Assembly (NCBI GenBank): GCA_046328475.1
Contig: JAXLWN010000067.1
Location: forward strand, 4,263 to 36,262
Length of the DNA: 32,000 nucleotides
Direction of reading: 5' to 3'
DNA from: Chloroflexia bacterium
GTDB lineage: Bacteria; Chloroflexota; Chloroflexia; Thermomicrobiales; CADCWN01
Shown here: positions 10,371 to 19,267 of the stretch, in pieces
Layout: the number at the start of each line of letters is the position of its first letter
Position numbering within the stretch: position 1 is the stretch's first letter
Notes under the pieces: generated by a model
Databases searched by the model: none
Seen by the model: only the letters and a program-made list of their open reading frames with translations
Told to the model about the DNA's origin: nothing
Translations under genes and position numbers: made by a program

Positions 10371-11403
10371 GTGAAGTTCGGCATCTGGCTCGATTTCCGC
10401 AACCCGCAGCCGTGGCACCGCCCGTGGATGCAGGTGTACGAGGAGTCGGTCGACCTCGCCGTGTCGGCCGAGCGCTGGGGCTTCGACTCCGTGTGGTTCT
10501 CCGAGCACCACCTGGTCGACGATGGCTACCTACCCGCGCTGTTCCCCGCGATCGCCGCCGTGGGTGCCCGCACGCGGCGCGTCCGGCTGGGCACCGCGAT
10601 GCTGCTCGCCCCGCTGTACCACCCGCTGCGGCTGGCCGAGGATGCTGCGGTCACCGATCTGCTCACCGGCGGCCGGCTCGATCTGGGCCTCGCGCCCGGT
10701 TACCGACACGAGGAGTTCGCCAACCTCGGGGTGCCGCGCGAGCAGCGCGGCGCGCGCACCGAGGAGACCATCGAGGTGCTGCGGCGGGCGTGGACGGGTG
10801 AGCCGTTCTCCTTCCACGGCAAGCACTTCACGTTCGACGACGAGATCACCGTGGTGCCGGTGCCGCCGCAGGAGGGCGGCGTGCCGCTGTGGATCGGCGG
10901 CGGTAGCACGGCTGCGGCGAGGCGGGCCGGCCGACACGGCTGCCACTTTCTGCCCGACCTCGGCACGCCGCCGGAGGTGCTCGACCTGTACCGGGCCACG
11001 CTGGCCGAGCACGGTCACGACCCGGCACGCGGCCAGATCACGGCAATCGTCTCGCCGGGCGTGTTCGTGTGCGACAACGCGGACGAGGGCTGGACGCTGC
11101 TACGCGAGCACTATCTGTACCTGATGAACGCGTTCATGGCGTGGTTCGGCAACCCGACGATCTCGTCGGTGGACGACCTGCCGCGCGAGCTGTTCCTGGT
11201 GGGCCTGCCGGACGGTCGCCGAGGGGCTGCGCGAGCGGGTCAAGCCGCTGGGCGACGTGGACCGGGTGATCTTCTTCGGCCGCGCGCCCGGCCTGCCGAT
11301 CGACCTGGCGCGAGCCTCGCTGGCCCGGTTCGCCGAGGAGGTCATGCCGCAGCTGAGTAGACCCGCAGACCAGGCGGGCGGTGCCGACCAGGTGAGCACC
11401 TGA
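10371..11403 (+). CDS. LLM-class flavin-dependent oxidoreductase (luciferase-like), frameshift near 11215
   Basis: GTG start with AAAGGAGGAG RBS. MKFGIWLDFRNP ... FDSVWFSEHHLVDDGYLPALFPAIAAVGARTRRVRLGTAMLLAPLYHPLRLAEDAAVTDLLTGGRLDLGLAPGYRHEEF. C-terminus continues in another frame to TGA at 11403. Confidence 0.88.
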
Positions 11404-11439
11404 CGCGGAGCAAGTATTGGTCACCGAAAGGAGAGCCAC

Positions 11440-12482
11440 ATGACGATCCAGGTTCACGAACTGACCCAGGCGACACGCACCCAGCCATCCCCGGAGCGCA
11501 TCCTGCAACTCGGGGCTCGGCTTCTGGGGTGCCAAGACGCTGCTCAGCGCGGTCGAACTCGGCGTCTTCAGCGCCCTGGCCGGCAACCCGCTGGTGATGG
11601 GAGACGCTGCGGCGGCACTCGAGGCTCCACCTGCGCAGCGCGCGCGATTTCCTCGACGCGCTGGTCGCCCTCGGCATGCTCGCGCGCGAGGGCGACCGCT
11701 ACCGCAACACGCCCGAGGCCGATCGCTTCCTGGACCGCGCCAAGCCGTCGTACGTCGGGGGCATGCTGGAAATGGCCAATGCGCGACTCTACCCGTTCTG
11801 GGGCGCGCTGACCGAGGGGCTGCGTACCGGACGGCCGCAGAACGAGGCCAAGACGGGCGGCAACTTCTTCGAGGCGCTCTACCGGGACCCGCAACGGTTG
11901 GGGCAGTTCCTGCGCGCGATGACCGGCCTCAGCGCGGGCGCGGCGCTCGCGATCGCGCGGCAGTTCCCCTGGGAGCAGTACCGCACCTTCGTCGATGTCG
12001 GCTGCGCCGAGGGGTGCCTCCCCGTCCAGGTCGCCCTGGCGCATTCCCACCTCGCGGGCGGCGGATTTGACCTCGCCGCCTGTCCAGCCGCACTTCGCGT
12101 CGTACGTCGCGGCGCACGGGCTCGGTGAGCGGCTGCGCTTCTACCCGGGCGACTTCCTCCGCGAGCCGCTGCCCGAGGCGGACGTGCTGACCATGGGGCA
12201 CATCCTCCACGACTGGAGCCTGGACGAGAAGCGCCTGCTGGTCGCCAAGGCCCACGCCGCGCTGCCGCCGGGTGGGGCACTGATCGTCTACGACGCGGTG
12301 ATCGACGACGAGCGGCGTCAGAACGCCTTCGGGCTGCTGATGAGCCTGAACATGCTCATCGAGACGCCGGACGGTTTCGACTACACCGGGGCCGACTGCG
12401 CGCCGGCTGCGCGAGGCCGGTTTCCGGGAGACCTACGTCGCCCCTCGCCGGGCCGGACGCGATGGTCGTTGGTATCAAGTAG
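11440..12482 (+). CDS. SAM-dependent O-methyltransferase (dimerisation plus methyltransferase domains), multiple frameshifts
   Basis: [43 protein letters not shown] (SAM motif I region), [55 protein letters not shown]. Confidence 0.85.
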
Positions 12483-12726
12483 GCCCCGGCCACGCTGCGC
12501 CCGACCATACGATGCGGCACCTCCCTGAGTCGCTCCGCTGCGCGCTGTGTCGATGCCAGTCCCGACGGCAGCACACACCCTTCGTGCCGCGCGACCGGCA
12601 TTCAGACGAGAGCATCGACCAACAAGCTAACCCACCAGCGTATCGCATGCATGGTCAGGCACGCCGTGTTGGCAGCTCATCTACCACGCAAGGAATTGAA
12701 CCGCACCACTGGTTGGACGTTGGCAG

Positions 12727-12751
12727 GCGTCGGCCGTCTCACGGCCGACGC
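12727..12751. terminator. Perfect 11-bp stem, 3-nt loop hairpin (gcgtcggccgt-ctc-acggccgacgc); candidate terminator of the upstream gene block
   Basis: Exact reverse-complement arms read from sequence. There is no T-tract, so terminator function is uncertain. Confidence 0.45.
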
Positions 12752-12814
12752 TGCGAACCCCGATCCGCACGCGTTGTCATTTCGGGTGACATCACCACAA
12801 CAAGGAGGAGTCGT

Positions 12815-12829
12815 ATGACCGCAGGCTAG
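12815..12829 (+). other. Possible 4-codon leader ORF (MTAG-stop) behind a strong Shine-Dalgarno
   Basis: aaggaggag at 12802-12810, then ATG ACC GCA GGC TAG, directly followed by a long imperfect inverted repeat. Confidence 0.3.
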
Positions 12830-12830
12830 T

Positions 12831-12941
12831 GCGCCGTTCCTCAAGTGGGGTGCAAATTGGAAGCCGCGTATGTACTAGACTGCGATCGATATCTGGGCAA
12901 ATGCGTGGCTCCGTATCTGCACCGCATTTGAGGAACGGCGC
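12831..12941. repeat. Long imperfect inverted repeat: 12831-12870 pairs with 12902-12941, ~31-nt loop
   Basis: gcgccgttcctcaagtggggtgcaa versus the reverse complement of ctgcaccgcatttgaggaacggcgc: 22/25 identical in the outer part, 32/40 over the full arms, plus three G-U compatible positions. Confidence 0.75.
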
Positions 12942-13114
12942 ACTTGTGCCGCACCACGCTGATTTCGCTGGGTAGCAAACCGAGCGATGCCACAGGAATC
13001 GCACTGTGCTCACCCAGCAGCAGCATGGTGGGGTACTAGACTTCTCCTCGAGTTCTTGCTACATTGTACGTACACACCGCTTCAGGTCATGCGGTTGGTG
13101 TCCTGGAGGTCGCT

Positions 13115-13798
13115 ATGCGCGTTTCCCAGTGGTTCATTGTCGCGACCGCGTTGTTCGTCACCTGCCTGATCACCGCCAATGTCATCGCCGTGAAGCTGGT
13201 CGCCATCGGCGGGCAGATCCTCCCGGCCGGTATCGTCATCTTCCCCGTCAGCTACATCCTCGGCGATGTGTTGACCGAGGTCTACGGGCTCCGGCGGGCG
13301 CGCCTGGTCATCTGGACCGGCTTCGGTTGCAACGCGCTCTTCGTCGCGGCGGCGTGGCTCGGCGGGATCCTCCCGGCGGCCGGGTTCTGGGATGGTCAGC
13401 CGGCCTACGAGCGCATCCTCGGCTTCACCCCGCGCCTGCTCGCGGCGTCGTTGGTCGCGTACCTCGTCGGCGAGTTCGCCAATGCCTATGTGCTCACCTG
13501 GCTGAAAGCGCTCACCCGGGGGCGGTGGCTCTGGACCCGGACCATCGGCTCGACGCTCGTCGGCGAGGGGCTGGACTCGCTCCTCTTCGTGGGCCTCGCC
13601 TTTGCGGGCATCCTCCCGGTGCGGACGCTCCTGATCACCGCCGCCACACAGTGGCTGATCAAGACGGGCTACGAGGCGCTGGCGACGCCGCTCACCTACC
13701 TCGCCGTCGGTTTCTTCCGGCACGCCGAGGGTCGGGCCGACGCCATGCAGCCGGTCGGGTTCTCGCCAATGCCACTCCACGCAGGTGGCGACGACTGA
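13115..13798 (+). CDS. yhhQ: Queuosine precursor (preQ0/preQ1) transporter, YhhQ family
   Basis: MRVSQWFIVATALFVTCLITANVIAVKLVAIGGQILPAGIVIFPVSYILGDVLTEVYGLRRARLVIW...; the VIFPVSYILGDVLTEVYG motif is diagnostic of the family. Adjacent to queC/D/E. Confidence 0.92.
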   Translation: MRVSQWFIVATALFVTCLITANVIAVKLVAIGGQILPAGIVIFPVSYILGDVLTEVYGLRRARLVIWTGFGCNALFVAAAWLGGILPAAGFWDGQPAYERILGFTPRLLAASLVAYLVGEFANAYVLTWLKALTRGRWLWTRTIGSTLVGEGLDSLLFVGLAFAGILPVRTLLITAATQWLIKTGYEALATPLTYLAVGFFRHAEGRADAMQPVGFSPMPLHAGGDD

Positions 13799-13831
13799 CG
13801 ATCGGCGTGCAGTAGCCAGGAGTGGTGCGAC

Positions 13832-14550
13832 ATGGGCACGGAGCAGCGACCGGCGGTCGTGCTGTTGAGCGGTGGGCTCGATTCGACGACGACGCTGGCG
13901 ATCGCCAGGAGCCAGGGGTTCGAGGTCTACGCGCTCTCCTTCCGCTACGGCCAGCGGCACGAGGCGGAATTGGCCGCAGCGGCGCGCATCGCCGCAGCCA
14001 GCAACGTCGCCGAGCATGTGATCGTGCAGTTCGACCTCGGACGCTTCGGCGGCTCCGCGCTGACGGCCGACATCGCCGTGCCGAAGGGCCGCAGCCTCGA
14101 CGAAATGGGCGTCGGTATCCCAGACCATGTGCCGCGCGGAACACGGTCTTCTCCTGGCGCTAGCCTGGGCCGAGACGCTGGGGCGAGCGATATCTTTTAT
14201 TGGTGTGAATGCGCTCGATTACTCCGGCTATCCTGATTGCCGACGAATATATCGCCGCCTACGAGCAGATGGCGAACCCGGCGACGAAAGCGGGCGTCGA
14301 GGGGACCCAGCGCCTGACGATCCACGCCCTTGATCAGCATGACGAAGGCCGAGATCATCCGCAAGGGCCTGGAACTCGGCGTCGATTACAGCCAGACGAT
14401 CACCTGCTACGACCCCACGCCCGCTGGCGTCGCCTGCGGCGAATGCGATGCTTGCCTCCTGCGCCTGAAGGGTTTTGCCGAGAATGGCCTCGCCGACCCC
14501 GCGCCCTACCGAAATGTACCAGCCGCCGCAGACGCCAGCACGCCGATGAC
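13832..14550 (+). CDS. queC: 7-cyano-7-deazaguanine (preQ0) synthase QueC, broken by frameshifts near 14130-14330
   Basis: PP-loop [35 protein letters not shown], ...[14 protein letters not shown], ...[40 protein letters not shown] (Zn cysteines). Confidence 0.92.
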
Positions 14551-14912
14551 CAGGATCACGCTGCGACGCAAGGTCGACTTCTCTGCGGCGCAATGCCGGA
14601 AATGGGTAATTTACCGCGAAGTTGTCCATGGGCACAACTATTCCGTGGAGGCATTCGTGGCGGGCGATCCTGACGCGCGCGGCATGATCAAGCCGTTCGA
14701 GGAGATCGGGTCAAACGCGACCTTCAAGGAGCTGGTCCACGATCGTGGATATGACCACCAGACGCTCAACGCCAGCCCCATTCGATGAACTGTCGCCGAC
14801 TACGGAGAATCTCGCGCTCGTGTTCCTGGAAGCTCTCCGGGCGCGGGACGACCGCTACACCAAAGTGCGCGTCTGGGAGACCGACAACAACTACGCCGAG
14901 GCCGAGGCGTGA
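14546..14912 (+). CDS. queD: 6-carboxy-5,6,7,8-tetrahydropterin synthase QueD, frameshift near 14785
   Basis: [14 protein letters not shown] ... [27 protein letters not shown] ... YDHQTLN, then in another frame [39 protein letters not shown]. Confidence 0.85.
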
Positions 14913-15657
14913 GCGCCGAGCGCGCTGGCTGGTACCAGCTCAACGAGCACTTCGACGATCCAGGGCGAGGGTGAGCACGCCGGGCGCACCGCCGTCTTCC
15001 TGCGGCTACAGGGTTGCCCTGTCGGCTGCGTGCGTGGTGCGACTCGAAGCTCACCTGGTACGCGGGCGGCGAGCGGCGGCATGACGAGCTGCTGGCGATC
15101 GTAGCGGGCTACCCCGACTGGAGTTGCTGGTCATCACCGGCGGGAGCCGCTGATCCACGACCTGATGTCGAGCGCCACCTGGCGCGCGAGACCCACCTGG
15201 AGACCTCCGGCGTTCACCTGGGTTCGGCGGGCAGCTGCGGCCCTGCTGGGTGACGCTCTCCCTGAAGGCGGTCGCAGGCTGGCGGTGGCGGACGACGTCC
15301 TGGCGAGCGCGGGCGAGTTGAAGTATGTCGATGAAGACTACGATCCCGGCGACGCTGCGTTACACCTTGCCGAATACCGACGCCTCACCGGCCGCCCCGC
15401 GCCGCCCGTGCGCCTGATGCCGGAGGGGGCACCGCCGCGCCAGGCGATGGTCGCGCGGACGCTGCGCTGCTGCGCGAGCACCCCGAGTGGCGCTTTGGCC
15501 CGCGCCTGCAATACAACTACCTGCCGTTTCGGACCTCGAAGGGGGGAACAACAAGCAGTTGAGCGCGGCGGAGGCGCGACGCCTGCGCGCTGCGCGCATC
15601 GCGCAGCGCGAGGAAGGTGCGCGACCTGCGCGGCGGAACCGGGAGGAAGCGAGCCGA
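14909..15657 (+). CDS. queE: 7-carboxy-7-deazaguanine synthase QueE (radical SAM), several frameshifts; 3' boundary approximate
   Basis: Bridging frames gives FD.TIQGEGEHAGRTAVFLRLQGCPVGC..WCDSKLTWYAGG (CxxxCxxC radical-SAM cluster), LLVITGG.P, and C-terminal VRLMPEGAPPRQ / HPEWRFGPRLQYNYLPF. Confidence 0.85.
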
Positions 15658-16467
15658 TGGTGGGCACAGTGACAATGCCGGACGTGCAGGGCCGCAGCGA
15701 TGCGCGCCGCATCCTGATCGATCAGGTCGGGGTGAGCGAGTTGCGCCACCCGGATCGTGGTGCTCGATCCGCAGCAGGGGGAGCAGCGGACGATCGCGCA
15801 ACTGCGCATGTCGGTGCGCCTGCCGCACCAGTTCAAGGGGACGCACATGAGCCGCTTCGTCGAGGTGCTGAACGAGCACCACGGCGAGGTGATGCGGACG
15901 TTCTCGGCGATCCGCGCCGATCGAGCGGCTGGCGCCGAAAAAGGCGGCGGACGAGCGCGGTTCCTATTTGCTGGTGCCACCGCGCCGTCATGGTGCGGCG
16001 GCCTTGAGGACCACGAGTGCGACTTGTCGGGCAATTGAATAACGGGCACTCCGCTGATTTGTCCTGAAGTGCGGGTGCCGGTCGCGAGTCTCTGCCCGCA
16101 GCAAGGAAATCTCCGATTACGGGGCACACAACCAGCGTGGGTATTGTGTGACTACAGCGTCCGTAGCGTGCGGGACGCCACGGGATCCCGGCGTTGATCT
16201 GGATCGAGGAGTTGGTCGAGATTGCCGGGCTCCGCACCGGTCTACCCGCTGCTGAAGCGCATGGACGAGCGGCATGTCACGATGCAGGCCTACGACAACC
16301 CGGCGTTCGTCGAGGACATCGCCCGGAATGTGGCGGCGCAACTGGCCGACGATGCCAGGGTGGCCTGGTTCCGGGTGGGTGTGGTGAACCACGAGTCCAT
16401 CCACAACCACAGCGCCTTCGCCAACGTTGAGTGGTCCCGGGAAACCGGCTACGCGACCGCCCCCTGA
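15657..16467 (+). CDS. folE2: GTP cyclohydrolase FolE2 (type IB), several frameshifts
   Basis: MPDVQGRSDARRILIDQVGVSELRHP / DPQQGEQRTIAQLRMSVRLPHQFKGTHMSRFVEVLNEHHGEVM / bridged CP..SKEISDYGAHNQRG / PVYPLLKRMDERHVTMQAYDNPAFVEDIARNVAAQLADDARVAWFRVGVVNHESIHNHSAFA. Confidence 0.92.
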
Positions 16468-16514
16468 CCAGTCCGGGGGCGGGATCCGCCTGGCCCGAGA
16501 GGAAAAGAGCATTC

Positions 16515-18450
16515 ATGGCGCTCACGCCGCAGTTCGAAGCGCACGCCCGCAGCCGTGGTCGAATGGGGACGCTGCGCCTTGTCCGCGATCAGCAATGGCT
16601 GCCGGGGCGATCGACGCCCATCCTCTACCCGGTCCTGAACCTGGTGACCGGCACCACGCCCAATGGCGGGGGCATCTGGCGCTACATCGTCAACGATCTC
16701 CTCGATCACGAGCACCAGAACTCGCCGATCCTCTCCCAGGTACTGCACTTCCTCGACTTCCACCTGTTGCCGCACATGCTCAAACGCTGGCGGGGGAAGA
16801 CGCTGCGCCAGCATTACCGCGACCGGCGTGAGCCGATCGACTTCCGCGCCCCGCTTTTCCTCGACTCGGGCGGATTTAAACTCCTCTTCAAGCCCGACCT
16901 CACCCTGGCCCAATATGGACTGCTGCGCCCAGGCGAGGAGGCGGAGAGCATTCTGCGCTTGCAAAAGGACTTCGGTGGCGACCTCGTCGCTTCGCTCGAT
17001 TACCCGCTGCCGCCGAACCTCGATCCCACCGAGGCCCGCGAGCGGATGCGCCGCAGCGAGGCGAACGCCCTGCGCGCCCTGGAGTTGCTGTCGTCGGGGG
17101 ACGAGTTCGCCGACTACGCGCCTTTGCTGTACATCGCCTGCCACGGCCTGACGGCGGACGATATCGAGGACTATGTGCGCCGCACCCTGGCGGCAATTGT
17201 CGAGCGCGGGCTCCCGACGCAGGGCATCGGCATCGCGATCGGGTCGCTCGTGCCGCTACGCAGCGCCCACAAGCTGGTCGATCTCGTCGGCATTATCCAG
17301 GGCGCGTTGCGCGGCATCCCCGAGACATTGCGCGCAACCCTCCCCATCCACGTCTTCGGGGTCAGCGGCGACCTTATCCCGCTCCTGACGTACCTGGGCG
17401 TTGATTCCTTCGACAGCAGCACCTATATCCAAGCCAGCCGCTCGCTCAAGTACTACCACCCGCGCGAGCGAGATGGTTCCGGTCCTCCAACTGGAAGACT
17501 TGCCGTGCGACTGCCGCATCTGCCGCGCGCTCGACTTCGGCAAACTCCACGACACGCTGACCGCCCATCGCGATGTCTACCGACCCAGCGAACCGAAGGG
17601 CTTCAAGAGCTATTACTACGCCCAGATCGCGCTGCACAACCTGGAGATGGAGCGGCAGGTCCTCGACCGCACGCGCAAGGCACTGGAGGCTGACAGCCTG
17701 GTCGAACTCCTCGTGGAGCATGCCGAGCAATTCCCACGCCTGCAGCCCGCCCTGCAGACGATTGCGCGGGACGACGCGATTCTCTCGCCTCGGCTCACCC
17801 GGGTGGTCTACACGACCAAGCTCTTCGGCGAACGCGCTCCTCTGCCCGGGCGAAGGACCGAGGCACGCGAGCCCGACCGCCCGACCATCTCGTTGCGCTT
17901 CACCCCCGACGACTTCAAGGTGCCGCGCGACTATCATCCACCAGCAGGCCAGGATCTCCTGCTGATCGTCCCCTGCTCGGAGACCAAGCCCTACTCCGAA
18001 TCGCGCAGCCACCAGGCGCTCATGCGGCGGTTGCGGCAGGCGCTGGATGCGCCGACGCTCGCGCGAATCCACAAAATCTCCCTGTCAGGGCTGTACGGGC
18101 CGGTGCCGCAGGAGCACGAGTCGGACGAGAACGTCTTGCACTACAACTTCCTGCTCTCGCCGATGGATCACGCGCAGATTGAAGAGGATGCGAAGCGTCT
18201 CACCGCCTATCTCAAACAGCACGGCAAACACTATCAGGCGATCTTCGGCTACGCGACGAGTAAGGCCTATCGCACGGTCCTCCAGCGCGCCGGGCTGCAA
18301 CTCTACCCGCGCAAACCCGCCAGCCAGATGCCGACCGAGTTCTACCGCAACGCCAATCTCGACGAACTGGTCCAGGCGATTGCCGAGAGCGCCGGGTGCG
18401 ACGATCGCGCCGAGTTCGGGACCCCGGAGTTGCGCGGCATGGTGTCGTAA
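16515..18450 (+). CDS. dpdA: DpdA-like DNA-guanine transglycosylase (TGT superfamily, TgtA5-type) with C-terminal DUF5591-like region; frameshift near 17468
   Basis: TGT motifs APLFLDSGGFKLLF (cf. TGT DSGGFQ), GIGIAIGSLVP, HVFGVSGDLIPLLTYLGVDSFDSSTY (nucleophilic Asp region), Zn motif CDCRIC ... ALHN (Cys codons 17506/17512/17521, His 17635). C-terminus LLLIVPCSETKPYSESRSH ... ISLSGLYGPVPQEHE. Directly follows folE2. Confidence 0.85.
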
Positions 18451-18474
18451 CGTTGCGTCGCGCCCGGGGGCAGG

Positions 18475-19260
18475 ATGCCGCTGCTGCTCGACCGGTTGAG
18501 CGTCTATGGGGAGATGCTGGCGATTGCCAGCGAGGTGCTGGTCGAGCGGGAAGTGCTCCCGCTCGACCAGTTTCGTGCCCTGCTCTTTCCCCGCCGCGAG
18601 AACGAGACGCTGGAGCGCGAACTGCTCGCCGACCTGGGCGACCTGGGCATCGCGGCGGTTGACGAGCACTCCCTGCGTCGCGCGCTCGCGCCCGATCGCG
18701 CCACCGGCGCTGCGCTGCGCCTGCATGTCCTCGCCACGCTGCGCGCGTTCGAGGATGAGAACGCGGTGATCCTCGATCTCTACCGCTTCCTGCTCGAGGA
18801 TGGCTCGTTCGGGCGGCGCGTCCTCGATCGCGACGCGATTTGGCCGCGCTTTAACCGGCATTGCGCGGCGATCGGGATCGGTGGGCAATCGGTGATCCTC
18901 AACAGCCTCAAGATGGCCTCCTGGCTGCGGCTGATGACGTTCGTTGGCCTGGTCCGGCCAGAGCGCAGCAACACCTTCATCCTCGCCCCGAAGCTCGACC
19001 TCCTCCGCGCCATGCTCCGCTCGATCGTTGGCCTGGGTGGCGACAACCTGAGCAGCCGTCGTCGCGCGCATCGAGGCGCTTCGCCCGCTCACGCAGCGCT
19101 CGGGCTCGCTCCACCCCGGGTATGCCGACGCCCTGGCGCCTCGAACGGCGGCGAGATCGGGCTTACCACGATCGGAGATGCCGGCGGGGGTGCTGCTGCA
19201 CGACCGCGGCAACTCCATCGCCCCCGCGACTAGCGCGAACGCTCCGGGGAGGGCTGAGCG
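18475..19260 (+). CDS. DpdG-like protein of a dpd cluster (function unknown); 3' end uncertain because of frameshift
   Basis: ORF MPLLLDRLSVYGEMLAIASEVLVEREVLPLDQFRALLFPRRENETLERELLADLGDLGIAAVDEH... (~260 aa). Assigned mainly by position between dpdA and an ATPase gene. Confidence 0.45.
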
Positions 19261-19267
19261 GCACGCC

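Noticed and set aside
12815-12931. Cys-containing small peptide read through the TAG (MTAG*CAVPQVGCKLEAAYVLDCDRYLGKCVAPYLHRI)
   Set aside because: Requires stop-codon readthrough or a sequencing error and overlaps an inverted repeat that explains the conserved-looking sequence. No supporting modification enzyme nearby.
12967-13018. Assigning this hairpin to a named preQ1 riboswitch class
   Set aside because: Core class-I/II/III consensus elements were not recognised by eye, so only a generic structured-leader hypothesis is reported.
15657-16467. Initial thought that this gene was queF
   Set aside because: Sequence motifs (MPDVQ...DQVGV, LPHQFKGTHMSRF, SIHNHSAFA) match FolE2, not QueF.
16515-17468. 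Interpretation as ordinary tRNA-guanine transglycosylase (tgt) for queuosine
   Set aside because: Motifs are divergent from bacterial Tgt (DSGGFK, GVDSFDSSTYIQ). The protein has an extra C-terminal domain and sits in a preQ0 gene cluster with dpd-like genes and without queF or queA.
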